Shown piece after piece: positions 55,785 to 64,000 of a stretch of 64,000 bases of DNA. The number at the start of each line of letters is the position of its first letter. The first letter of the stretch is position 1. Origin of the DNA: Minisyncoccota bacterium (GTDB lineage: Bacteria; Patescibacteriota; Minisyncoccia; UBA6257; 2-01-FULL-56-20). The notes beneath the pieces are model-generated. The model was given only the letters and a program-made list of their open reading frames with translations. It did not search any database and had not been told where the DNA came from. Location: contig JALHNY010000003.1 of the NCBI GenBank assembly GCA_022843285.1, forward strand, positions 25,533 through 89,532, in the 5' to 3' direction. A program made the position numbers and the translations under genes.

Positions 55785-56375
55785 ATGACCCAGGGGGACA
55801 CTCTCGTGTTCGACATCGAGACGAGCAACTTCTTCACCGATTCCAGCGTGGGGTGGGGCAACTTTGAGGCCATCAGCATATCGGTGGTGGGCGTGTACTC
55901 GTACCAGAGAGATGAGTACGCCTGCTTCGAGGCGCACGAGGAGGGCGCTCTCAGGGAGTGGTTCTCCGGTGCCTCCAAGCTGGTCGGGTTCGCCAGCAAC
56001 CGGTACGACACGCCCGTCCTGAATTTGTACTTCAAGCGGAGCGGTGCGGGAGAACACTTGGACCTCTGGAAGAAGCAGCGGGTGGACCTGCTCGAGGAGA
56101 TAGAGCTCACCACGGGTAACCGCATCAGCCTGTCGCGCCTGGCAGAGGCGAACCTCGGCGTGGCGAAGAGCCAGCACGGCAGCGAGGCAATCACGATGTT
56201 CCGCGAGGGGAGAATTGATGAGCTGAAGGAGTACTGCCTCAAGGACGTGCGCCTCACCCGGGAGCTGTACGATATTTTTGTGTCTAAGAGAGAGCTCATC
56301 ATTCCGGATCGTGAGACCGGCAAGCCGACCACCATCAAGTTCGATGCACCTTCCATCCAGCTACCGCTATTTTGA
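55785..56375 (+). CDS. DEDD-family 3'-5' exonuclease-like protein (RNase H-like fold)
   Basis: Exo I motif LVFDIETSNF, Exo II-like YDTPVL, Exo III-like Y-x3-D (CLKDVRLTRELYD). Confidence 0.5.
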   Translation: MTQGDTLVFDIETSNFFTDSSVGWGNFEAISISVVGVYSYQRDEYACFEAHEEGALREWFSGASKLVGFASNRYDTPVLNLYFKRSGAGEHLDLWKKQRVDLLEEIELTTGNRISLSRLAEANLGVAKSQHGSEAITMFREGRIDELKEYCLKDVRLTRELYDIFVSKRELIIPDRETGKPTTIKFDAPSIQLPLF

Positions 56376-57507
56376 TTACGCGGCCGGTTGGCCGGTGCGC
56401 CCCGAGGCTCTGGAGGCGTACGTCGCCGCGGCGCGCGAGGTGGGAAACCCCGGCTCGGTGCACCGCGCGGGCCAGCTGGCGCTCGAGCGCCTCGACGTTG
56501 CGCGCGATGAGCTGGCGGGCGTCCTGGGTGTCGCTGCCCACGATTTAGTCTTCACCGCATCTGCAACCGAGGCGAACAACCTCGCCATCGCCGGTACCGT
56601 TGAAGCTTTTCGCACGTCGCACCCCGGCGTGCTGCCGCGGGTCGTCATCTCATCTCTGGAGCACGATGCCGTGCGCGTGCCGGTGGAGCGCCTCGCATCG
56701 CTCGGGCTCGCCGAGGCCTCTGTCATCCCCGTGACGCACGAGGGAGGTTTCGATTTTGCGGCGTTCGAAGAGGCGCTGGATGAGCGGGCCGCGCTGGTAT
56801 CGGTGATGCACGTGAGCAACGAGCTGGGAGGCGTGCTGCCGCTCTACGAGATTGCGCGCAAGGTTCGCGCTGCGCGCGGAGGTGGCGCGTGGCCACGGCT
56901 GCACAGTGACGCGGTGCAGGCGCTCCCGTACGTTGCAGACCTGGCGCCGGCACTGGGCGCAGACCTTGCGACGTACGCCGCGCACAAGGTGGGTGGCGTT
57001 GCGGGTGCCGCGGTCCTCGTGGCGCGCGGCGGGCGTGAGCTGCTCGTCCCGCAGGTGAGAGGCGGCGGGCAGGAGCGTGGGGTGCGCTCTGGCACCGAGG
57101 ACGTTCCCGCGATTGTGGCGTTCGCACGGTCTGCCGCGATGGCCAGGGCAGAGTCAGCCGCGGAGGCAGGCCGCCTGCGCGCGATCCGGGAAGTGCTCCT
57201 CTCGCAGCTGGCCAAGCTCGCGCCCGAGGTGCAGGAAAACCTTTCGGGTCTGCGCGAACAGTCCCCGCACATCGTGAGCCTGCACGTCCCGCACGGCCAC
57301 GCGCAGGAGACGGTGGCGCGCATGGATCTGTCCGGCTTTGCCATTGCGGCTGGGCCGGCGTGCTCTGCGAGGTCTGTTGAGGCTTCGCGTGCGGTGCAGG
57401 CTCTCGGGTACGGCAGGCAGCGCGCGGAGCAGACCGTGCGCGTCAGCCTCGGCTCGCAGACGTCAGCGGATGACGTTCGCGCGCTGGCTACGTTCCTCGC
57501 GGGCTAG
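56344..57507 (+). CDS. cysteine desulfurase (class V aminotransferase, IscS/NifS-like)
   Basis: PLP-lysine motif …YAAHKVGG…; the N-terminus YFDYAAGWPVRPE resembles NifS 'IYLDYAATTP'. The start is set at the first in-frame ATG (MHLPSS…) and overlaps the upstream exonuclease gene by ~30 nt. An alternative downstream start cannot be excluded. Confidence 0.7.
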   Translation: MHLPSSYRYFDYAAGWPVRPEALEAYVAAAREVGNPGSVHRAGQLALERLDVARDELAGVLGVAAHDLVFTASATEANNLAIAGTVEAFRTSHPGVLPRVVISSLEHDAVRVPVERLASLGLAEASVIPVTHEGGFDFAAFEEALDERAALVSVMHVSNELGGVLPLYEIARKVRAARGGGAWPRLHSDAVQALPYVADLAPALGADLATYAAHKVGGVAGAAVLVARGGRELLVPQVRGGGQERGVRSGTEDVPAIVAFARSAAMARAESAAEAGRLRAIREVLLSQLAKLAPEVQENLSGLREQSPHIVSLHVPHGHAQETVARMDLSGFAIAAGPACSARSVEASRAVQALGYGRQRAEQTVRVSLGSQTSADDVRALATFLAG

Positions 57508-58835
57508 ATGTCCGCGCCAACCTCGCGCTGCGGCACGCGGCGCGCGTCCGTGGCGACGGTGAAGGAGAACGTGGTGCCGCGGCCGAGCTCAGAGGCGACG
57601 CGCATCTGGCCGCCGTGGGCGCGGACAATGTTGCTCGCGATGTAGAGGCCGAGGCCGGTACCTCCCGCGACCGCTTTGATTGCGTTCTCGGCACGGAAGA
57701 ATTTGGTGAACAGCTTCTCGACGTCACCGGCTGCAATGCCGATGCCGGTGTCTCGCACGCTCACCTGCACGAAGGCGGGGTCTTCGGTCTGCTCTGCCTT
57801 CACCAGAATCTCGCCGTTTTTGACGTTGTAGCGGAGTGCGTTCTCGATCAGGTTGTTGATGACCATGACAATCTTCTCGCGATCTACGATGACCGGGGCG
57901 AGCGCAACGTTGGGGCGCTCGAAGAACAGCTTGATGCCGGCAGCCTCCACGATGGGGAGAGCCTTGGCGAGCTCGGCGTCGAGAATTTGCACCATGTCGG
58001 TCGCCTCGAAGCGGTACCCGAAGCGGCCCTCCTCAATCTTCGCGACGCCGAGCAGGTCTTCGGCGGTGCGCGTCAGCGTCCTCACGGACTCGAGCGTCTG
58101 CGTGACCAGGGCCTTGTCGTCGGGGCCGATGGTGGCGCTCGCCGCGAGCGTCTCGAGCGCCCAGCTGACTTCGGTGAGCGGGGTGCGGAGCTGGTGGCTC
58201 GCGACGGTCACGAACTCACCCTTGCTCCGCAAAATGGCAATGGTGCGGGTGCGGTCGCGAATGACCTTGAGGAAGCCCTTGTGCTCGGGCAGCTCGGTGG
58301 TGCTCACGCGGAGGTTCAGCTCTGGGTCGCTGAACGCGAGGTCGACCACCTGGAGCCGGCCGTCTCCGCTGGACCTCGGAATGACTACCGGGGCGAGCGA
58401 GGGGTACACGACCTGGACGAGGCGGGTGTAGCGGGGATCGGTCTGCGCGAGCTGCGGCGTGATGACGAACTGGGCGAGCTCTTCGCGGCTCAAGCCGAAG
58501 AGCTGCGTCGCGGCGTCGTTGGCGAACACGATGCGGAATAGGCCATCGTACGCGATGACGGGGTCACCCAGGAGCGAGAGTACCGTGGCGGCGTCGCCGA
58601 GGTTCACGGGTGGCACCCCCTTCGGGGCAATGAGCGCCGGTGACGAGGAGTCGCTGCCCGAGAGCCCGGGCAGGACGTCGGTCGCGAAGGCGGTGACGAG
58701 CAGCGCGATGGTGGCGAGCAGCCCCAGGCTCGCGCTCAGTGCGCTCGGGCTGGCGGCCACCAGTGCCCAGGTTGCTCCGATGGCAACCGCAGCAGCGGCG
58801 ATGCGGATTTTTTGAGAGCGGGAGAGTGGGTTCAT
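57504..58835 (-). CDS. sensor histidine kinase (2 TM, PAS, HisKA, HATPase_c)
   Basis: H-box VASHQLRTPLT, G-boxes …DTGIGI… and GGTGLGLYIASNIV. No response-regulator gene is adjacent. Confidence 0.8.
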   Translation of the reverse strand: MNPLSRSQKIRIAAAAVAIGATWALVAASPSALSASLGLLATIALLVTAFATDVLPGLSGSDSSSPALIAPKGVPPVNLGDAATVLSLLGDPVIAYDGLFRIVFANDAATQLFGLSREELAQFVITPQLAQTDPRYTRLVQVVYPSLAPVVIPRSSGDGRLQVVDLAFSDPELNLRVSTTELPEHKGFLKVIRDRTRTIAILRSKGEFVTVASHQLRTPLTEVSWALETLAASATIGPDDKALVTQTLESVRTLTRTAEDLLGVAKIEEGRFGYRFEATDMVQILDAELAKALPIVEAAGIKLFFERPNVALAPVIVDREKIVMVINNLIENALRYNVKNGEILVKAEQTEDPAFVQVSVRDTGIGIAAGDVEKLFTKFFRAENAIKAVAGGTGLGLYIASNIVRAHGGQMRVASELGRGTTFSFTVATDARRVPQREVGADI

Positions 58836-61300
58836 GCGGAGAACGGCTCGAGTGAGCCCCAGCGGCGCCCGGTGCGCACGTCCACGACCAGGGGTACGCC
58901 CAGCTCGGGCATTGCAGCCTCCATGGTCTGACGAATGTGGGGCACGAGTGCCTTAATGCTACTCGTGGGCAGCTCTAGCAGCAATTCATCGTGAATGGTG
59001 AGGAGAATGTGTCCCCGGCCGCCGCTCGCGAGCAGCTCGCGCACGTTGATCATGGCGCGCTTGGCAATGTCAGCGTCGAGGCCCTGGACGGGCTGGTTGA
59101 TCGCGGCGCGCTCGACCTCGGCGGTGCGCCAGCTCGGCGCCCCGCTCGCGAGCTCGGGGAAGTAGCGCCTCCGCCCGGTCAGCGTCTCGGTGTACCCGGA
59201 CTTGCGGGCGTTCTCGAGCACCTGCTCCTGCCACGCTTTCACGGCCCCGAAGCGCTCGAAGTAGCGGGCGATGAAGTCCTGGGCTTGGGCCTTCTTGAGG
59301 CCGCTAGCCTTGGCGAACGCCGTGACGCCCATGCCGTACACGAGGCCAAAGTTGAGGGTCTTGGCGATGCGGCGCTCCTCCTTAGTAATGGTGCCAGCGT
59401 CCTTGCCGAGCACGACCGCGGCGGTAGCGGAGTGAACGTCCTCGCCGTTTTTGAAGGCGCGCGTGAGTTCTGGATCGTGGGACAGGGCTGCGACGATGCG
59501 CAGCTCCAGCTGCGAGTAGTCGAAGCTGGCGAGCACGTGGCCCTCGCGCGCGACGAAGGTGTCGCGGAGCGCGTGGCTCCACCGGCTCTCCTGGGGAATG
59601 TTCTGGAGGTTCGGGTTGCGGGAGGACAGGCGGCCGGTCGCGGCGCCGGTCTGCACGTACTCGGTGCGGAGCGTCCCGCTCGCGTCGAGGCGCGCGAGGA
59701 TTGGTTCCACGAAAGAGCTCCGCACCTTGAAGTGCTCTCGGTACTCGAGGAGCATGCCCACGATGGGGTGGGCATCGCGGAGCTCGTCCAGAATCTCAGC
59801 GCGCGTGGACTCCTTCTTCTTGCCGGGCATGGAGAGGTTGAGCTTGCGGAACAGGACGTCAGCAACCTGCTTGGGCGAGTTGAGGTTGAACGGCGCGCCC
59901 GCGAGTTCGTGAATCTCCTTCTCGAGGGAGTCGCAGGTTACCGCCACCTGGTCTGCGAGAGATTCGAGCGCCTCTCGGTCCACCTGGATGCCGCGGCTCT
60001 CCACCTCGGCGAGCAGGCGGATGGCGGGCAGCTCGAGGCTCTGGTACACCCCGAGCATGTTTTCCTTCGCGAGCGCCGCCAGGAGCTTCTGCCGGAGCTC
60101 GGCGAGAGTCGCGGTGTCACCACCGGCGACGACGCTGCGCACGGCCTGGTCCTCGTACGCTTTGAGGTCTGGGTAGAGCAGCCACGCCGCGATGCCCAGG
60201 TCGTCGTACGGGGCCTCGAGGTCGCGGCTCTCAGACCAGAGCACCTGGAGCGCTTCCTTGAGCCCGTACCCAGCCACAATGTCACCTGGTTTGCGGGCGG
60301 AGGGGTCCTCCATGAAGTCTTCCAGGTTGACCACGGGTTCAGCCGCGCCGCTGACCGGCACGTCCGTGCGGGCAAACGTTGACGGGGCGGCGGGCGCCTT
60401 GCGCGCGACCCGCTTCTTGGGTTGCGCGGCGAGCGGATCTCGGGGTGCGAGCGCGTTCGCCAGGCTCAGGAAGCCGACTTCGTGGAAGTAGTCGCGCAGC
60501 TCGCGGCGGTTGAGCTCGGGCCGCGCGAGTGAGGCCAGGCTCGGTACGTCCACGGGCACGTCGCGGCGGAGCGTGGTCAGGTACAGGGACGCGCGGAGTT
60601 GGGTGCCATCGTCTGGAAGCTTCGCGGCAAACTTCGGGAGGGCTGTGAGGTTGGCCAAGATGTCATCGATGGTTGGGTAGTCTTTGAGAATCTGTGCAGC
60701 AGTCTTGGGTCCCACGCCCGGGACGCCCGGGACGTTGTCCGAGGTATCACCGACGAGCGCCTTGTACGCGGGAACCTGCTCCGGCGTGATGCCGTACTTT
60801 TCAAAGACCGCGTCGCGATCGAGGACAGTCGTGTCCGTGATGCCCTTCTTTAAGGAGCGGGTCACGACGCGCCCGTCATCCACGAGCTGGAGCAGGTCAG
60901 AGTCACTGCTGAGAATTTCGATGCTGAGGTCAGCCTCATCCTGGAACTTGTCCACGATGGTGGCGATGACGTCGTCCGCTTCGAACCCCGCGAGCTCTAT
61001 GAGGGGAATGCCGAACTTTGCGAACAGCTCTTTGGCCTCATCGATTTGCGCGGCGAGGTCGTCCTCCATGGGCGCGCGGTGCGCCTTGTAGTTGGCATCC
61101 AGCTCTTTGCGGAAGGTCACGCCGCGCGCGTCACCCGCCACGATGACGTAGTCGGGCAGGCTGCGGAGCATTGCCAGAATGAGGCGCGCCAGGCCGTACA
61201 CCGCTTGGATCGGGCGACCGTCTGGCGTGGAGAGGGGCGGGAGCGCGTGGTACGCCCGGTGAATGATGGAGTGCGCGTCTATGATGAGGAGCTTCTTCAT
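58832..61300 (-). CDS. polA: DNA polymerase I
   Basis: 5'-3' exonuclease domain (MKKLLIIDAHSIIHRAY…), polymerase motifs A (…DYSQLELRI…) and C (…HDEL…); 822 aa from the internal Met start. Confidence 0.9.
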   Translation of the reverse strand: MKKLLIIDAHSIIHRAYHALPPLSTPDGRPIQAVYGLARLILAMLRSLPDYVIVAGDARGVTFRKELDANYKAHRAPMEDDLAAQIDEAKELFAKFGIPLIELAGFEADDVIATIVDKFQDEADLSIEILSSDSDLLQLVDDGRVVTRSLKKGITDTTVLDRDAVFEKYGITPEQVPAYKALVGDTSDNVPGVPGVGPKTAAQILKDYPTIDDILANLTALPKFAAKLPDDGTQLRASLYLTTLRRDVPVDVPSLASLARPELNRRELRDYFHEVGFLSLANALAPRDPLAAQPKKRVARKAPAAPSTFARTDVPVSGAAEPVVNLEDFMEDPSARKPGDIVAGYGLKEALQVLWSESRDLEAPYDDLGIAAWLLYPDLKAYEDQAVRSVVAGGDTATLAELRQKLLAALAKENMLGVYQSLELPAIRLLAEVESRGIQVDREALESLADQVAVTCDSLEKEIHELAGAPFNLNSPKQVADVLFRKLNLSMPGKKKESTRAEILDELRDAHPIVGMLLEYREHFKVRSSFVEPILARLDASGTLRTEYVQTGAATGRLSSRNPNLQNIPQESRWSHALRDTFVAREGHVLASFDYSQLELRIVAALSHDPELTRAFKNGEDVHSATAAVVLGKDAGTITKEERRIAKTLNFGLVYGMGVTAFAKASGLKKAQAQDFIARYFERFGAVKAWQEQVLENARKSGYTETLTGRRRYFPELASGAPSWRTAEVERAAINQPVQGLDADIAKRAMINVRELLASGGRGHILLTIHDELLLELPTSSIKALVPHIRQTMEAAMPELGVPLVVDVRTGRRWGSLEPFSA

Positions 61301-61749
61301 GCGTGCCAGGTGACGGTGATGGTGCGCTCCTCTGGTGTAGAGCCGTGAGCAAACGAGACGTCGACGGTGGGGGAGAACAGTGCCCCACCGACCTCGGGCC
61401 ACTCGACGACGATGACGTTAGCGGGATCAGCTGCGGCGCCCGTGAGGTCCAGCGCACCCAGATCTTCTGCGGACGTGAGGCGGTACGCGTCCACGTGGTA
61501 CGCGTTTTTGAGGTGCGCTACCTCGAGCGGGTAGCGCTGCACGAGCACGAAGGTGGGGCTCGTGACGGTGTCCGCGATGCCGAGCGCCCGGAGGAAGCCC
61601 TGCGTGAAGGTGGTCTTGCCCGCGCCGAGGTCGCCGCGGAGGGTCACGATGGTGGCGCGTTTGCCGGGTGCAGATTTGACGCGTTCGGCAACCTGCCCGG
61701 CGAGGTGCTGGGTTTCACTGGCTGAGTGCGTGGTGACGGTCTCGGGCAT
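61297..61749 (-). CDS. tsaE: tRNA threonylcarbamoyladenosine biosynthesis protein TsaE (YjeE)
   Basis: P-loop LRGDLGAGKTTFTQG; 150 aa; overlaps the polA start by 4 nt. Confidence 0.8.
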   Translation of the reverse strand: MPETVTTHSASETQHLAGQVAERVKSAPGKRATIVTLRGDLGAGKTTFTQGFLRALGIADTVTSPTFVLVQRYPLEVAHLKNAYHVDAYRLTSAEDLGALDLTGAAADPANVIVVEWPEVGGALFSPTVDVSFAHGSTPEERTITVTWHA

Positions 61750-62209
61750 ACCGGAAAGCTGCCGTGGCTAGCGCAGTCAGGATACCAGCCGTGCAGGTCG
61801 CTGTCCCCAAGATTGCGGGCAGGGGAGATTCCGGGCTGAGGTTCGCAATGGCGGGGACGGGGGCAGCCGCAAAAGCAGCTTGCCCGGGCGTCGAGCTTGC
61901 CCACGTGCCTCCGGCCACGTGAAACCCGTGACCCTCGGGAGCGCTCCCGGGTGCGGAGACGTCCTGCCGAAAACCGGGCAGGGTCAGGGACGCTGTCGCC
62001 TCCCGGTTGCGGATGGCTGCCGTCCCGGTTCGCACGATGCTGCAGCTGCCGGGCGGTAGCGCGCCCGTGAGGTACAGCGACCGCTTGCCAATCTCGAGGG
62101 TAGCACGACTGAGGTTTCCCCCAGCTTCGTCTGCGCAGATTTCCACCCACTCGTTGCCCCGATCTGCGCCAGCGGGGTTGGCGAAAAGCTCTGTGATTCG
62201 GACTGCCAT
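61715..62209 (-). CDS. lamin-tail-domain (LTD) protein with a C-terminal hydrophobic anchor
   Basis: MAVRITELFANPAGADRGNEWVEI… matches the LTD N-terminal signature (I-x-E-x-x-x-N-P…EWIEL). The start is set at the internal Met, and the gene overlaps tsaE by 35 nt. Confidence 0.45.
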   Translation of the reverse strand: MAVRITELFANPAGADRGNEWVEICADEAGGNLSRATLEIGKRSLYLTGALPPGSCSIVRTGTAAIRNREATASLTLPGFRQDVSAPGSAPEGHGFHVAGGTWASSTPGQAAFAAAPVPAIANLSPESPLPAILGTATCTAGILTALATAAFRYARDRHHALSQ

Positions 62210-62253
62210 GTGCCCAGTGTGACCGCGCGGGGAAAGGAGCGTATCCTTGAGGC

Positions 62254-62472
62254 ATGAACGAAATGCAGGAGGTCCTCGCCCGGCTCGAGAAGGTAGAGGC
62301 AAAAATTGATGCCGTGTACTACTCCGCGGAGAAGACCCGGAAGTACTTTCTCTGGACGCTGATTATCACGGCGGTGACCATCGTGCTGCCGCTCCTCGCG
62401 ATGGTGGTGCTCATCCCGTACTACGTGAGCACGCTCGATCTCAGCGGCATCGACGGCCTGATGCTGCAGTGA
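62254..62472 (+). CDS. small hypothetical membrane protein (72 aa)
   Basis: GAGG 3 nt upstream of the ATG, one or two TM helices, and a downstream hairpin. Confidence 0.3.
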   Translation: MNEMQEVLARLEKVEAKIDAVYYSAEKTRKYFLWTLIITAVTIVLPLLAMVVLIPYYVSTLDLSGIDGLMLQ

Positions 62473-62476
62473 TAGC

Positions 62477-62512
62477 CGAGAGAAGGGGGAGCGCGTCTGC
62501 ACTCCCCCTTCT
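62477..62512. terminator. stable GC hairpin (possible terminator)
   Basis: GAGAAGGGGGAG-(12 nt)-CTCCCCCTTCTC with a weak T-tract. Confidence 0.35.
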
Positions 62513-62517
62513 CTAAC

Positions 62518-62594
62518 TTGGGTGTCCGACCGGACTTGAACCGGCAACCGCCAGATCCACAATCTGGAGCTCTAACCAATTGAGCTACGGACAC
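62518..62594 (-). tRNA. tRNA-His (anticodon GUG), with encoded G-1 and CCA
   Basis: The reverse complement G-GTGTCCG-TA-GCTC-AATTGGTTA-GAGC-T-CCAGA-TTGTGGA-TCTGG-CGGTT-GCCGG-TTCAAGT-CCGGT-CGGACAC-C-CA has the extra 5' G pairing with C73 that is diagnostic of tRNA-His. Confidence 0.85.
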
Positions 62595-62627
62595 CACGCC
62601 GCGGTACTGTAGCACGGGTCCTCGTTA

Positions 62628-63173
62628 GTGACAAAGTGCCATTTCCGTGTTATAAAGACCTCCGTGGAAGCTTACGCAGCGAGTGTCCTCGCGCAGGTGC
62701 AGCTGGCTGGAGAAGCCGCGCCCTCAATCGCTTACGTGCTCATCGCCTTCGGGACGGCGGTTTTTGGCAACCTCATCGCGCTGCCAGCCATCTTGCTGGC
62801 GCTCGGCGGAGCGTTCGGGCCGGGAGGCGTGATCCTGGCGATTCTTGCCGCCCTGGCCGGGCAGCTCTTCGGTGATGCGACGTGGTACACGCTCGGACGG
62901 CTCTCGGTGGGCACGCGCTTCGGCGCGTGGGTGCAGAAGAAGCTCCCCCTGCACGAGCGCATCGCGCGCTTCTTTGAGACGGGCAGCGTGTACGTGCTCA
63001 TCACGTCGAAGCTCCTGACGACGCCCACCATCCCGATTCTCTTTTTGCTCGGGTGGCACCAGGTCCCCCTGCAGCGCTACGTGCGCCTCTCGCTCATTTC
63101 TGCTCTGGCGTGGCTGGTGGGCATGGTGCTCATGAGCGCCGTGGTGTACTCGGGCATCCGGCTCGTTTTCTAG
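62628..63173 (+). CDS. DedA/VTT-like membrane protein (hypothetical)
   Basis: 181 aa, 4-5 TM helices, Gly-rich re-entrant-like segment. The family call is tentative. Confidence 0.35.
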   Translation: MTKCHFRVIKTSVEAYAASVLAQVQLAGEAAPSIAYVLIAFGTAVFGNLIALPAILLALGGAFGPGGVILAILAALAGQLFGDATWYTLGRLSVGTRFGAWVQKKLPLHERIARFFETGSVYVLITSKLLTTPTIPILFLLGWHQVPLQRYVRLSLISALAWLVGMVLMSAVVYSGIRLVF

Positions 63174-63188
63174 TGGTATACTGCACGC

Positions 63189-63356
63189 ATGCCGGCAGTT
63201 CTCAACCAGCAGCGTGTAGATGAGATTCTCGCTGAGCTTGATGCGCGCCTCGCGCAGATCAAGCTCAGCCACCGCGCCGCTCTCGAGAAGATGCTCGAGG
63301 ACCTGCGCTCCAAAAAGCTCGAGGACCTGCGCAAGGCGTTTCCCACTGCCCAGTAA
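63189..63356 (+). CDS. small hypothetical protein (55 aa; not in the ORF track)
   Basis: ATG…TAA frame encoding MPAVLNQQRVDEILAELDARLAQIKLSHRAALEKMLEDLRSKKLEDLRKAFPTAQ, helical and coiled-coil-like. Confidence 0.25.
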   Translation: MPAVLNQQRVDEILAELDARLAQIKLSHRAALEKMLEDLRSKKLEDLRKAFPTAQ

Positions 63357-63359
63357 AAC

Positions 63360-64000
63360 ATGCCCACACCAAACGAAGATCTCGAGAAGGTAGGTTCCAC
63401 AGAGACCGTCCCCGTCCCCGCATCACCTGAAAAGGCGGAAGGCGGCGCTGAGAGTCAGATTGCCACGAGGGTAGAGAGCAGCGCGCGCGAGGCGGACGCC
63501 GTCTCCGAGGATTTCAAGCAGTCTGCAGCTGAGGTGGCGGAGGGCGATCCGGAAGCGGTCGCGGGTGCCGAGCAGCAGGTAGCGGCAATCACGGAAAGCA
63601 CGAAGGCACAGATTGAAGAGGCGCGGCAGAAAGCGGCGGATGATCTCCAGGCGGAAATCCACTCGATGCGCGAGGACATCGCGATGGTGACGCGCGAGGA
63701 TGACTTCGGGCAGGAGAACAGCATGTCAGACCGCGTGTATGACCGCCTCAGTCAGGACCTGAAGGGCAAGGAGGCGGAGCTCGGGCAAATTGTCATGGAG
63801 GGCGATGTCCCGGGCATGAGCAAGTTTGATGCGGAAAGTGCGCTCTCTGCTCTGCAGAGCAAGACCCTCGAGGAGGGTCTGGTTGCCGTGAACGAGGCTG
63901 CGGACGAAGACAGGATGGATGTGAAGGAGAGCGTGCTGCAGAAGAGCAACGAGATCAGCGCCCGCCGCGAGGAGGTAGCCGCGGCGCTGGAGAAAGTTTC
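63360..64000 (+). CDS. acidic coiled-coil hypothetical protein, 5' portion; runs off the window end
   Basis: The frame is open from the ATG at 63360 to the window end (MPTPNEDLEKVGSTETVPVP…). It is absent from the ORF track because no stop falls inside the window. Confidence 0.4.
   Translation, partial: MPTPNEDLEKVGSTETVPVPASPEKAEGGAESQIATRVESSAREADAVSEDFKQSAAEVAEGDPEAVAGAEQQVAAITESTKAQIEEARQKAADDLQAEIHSMREDIAMVTREDDFGQENSMSDRVYDRLSQDLKGKEAELGQIVMEGDVPGMSKFDAESALSALQSKTLEEGLVAVNEAADEDRMDVKESVLQKSNEISARREEVAAALEKV

Noticed and set aside
58832-61402. A 34-codon N-terminal extension of polA (MARGRWGTVLPHRRRLV…)
   Set aside because: It overlaps tsaE and is Arg/His-rich. PolA homology (5'-3' exonuclease domain) begins at MKKLLIIDAHS at 61300.

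Overview
This is a high-GC (~60%+), gene-dense bacterial chromosome segment in which nearly every gap is coding and adjacent genes often overlap by 4-30 nt. It contains the replication-origin neighbourhood: dnaA and dnaN on the minus strand, facing rpmH-rnpA-yidC-jag on the plus strand. Other housekeeping genes present are smpB with an adjacent tmRNA gene, infC-rpmI-rplT, rpsT, ruvA, ruvB, ruvC with yebC, nusA, ppa, clpP, tyrS, ftsK, gmk, polA, tsaE, uvrD/pcrA, rsmA/ksgA, a class A penicillin-binding protein, a pilB/gspE ATPase, and four tRNAs (Arg-CCG, Gly-UCC, Ile-UAU, His-GUG). Gene sizes, the short Gram-positive-type YidC and the gene content suggest a reduced-genome organism. A Patescibacteria/CPR (Saccharibacteria-like) origin is possible, but that is inference only. 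The two most unusual features are as follows. (1) An ~11 kb minus-strand cluster (32.5-43.6 kb) resembles a Gram-positive-type type IV secretion system: a PrgI/VirB3-like protein, a VirB4 ATPase split into two ORFs, a VirB6/TrbL-like polytopic membrane protein, a double-TM pilin-like protein fused to an LAS/M15-type zinc peptidase, and several large secreted or membrane proteins of unknown function. It has no relaxase or VirD4, so it does not look like a conjugation module. (2) A ~480 bp AT-rich island between the M23 peptidase gene and nusA carries at least eight perfect or near-perfect palindromes built on TGTTT/AAACA half-sites. Secondary observations include a candidate oriC DNA-unwinding element between dnaA and dnaN, a likely AUU start for infC, an rpmI gene missing from the ORF track, a ClpC-like ATPase with a degenerate first AAA module and N-terminal TM helices, and a promoter/terminator-bounded candidate sRNA. 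No CRISPR array, rRNA, transposase or integrase was found.
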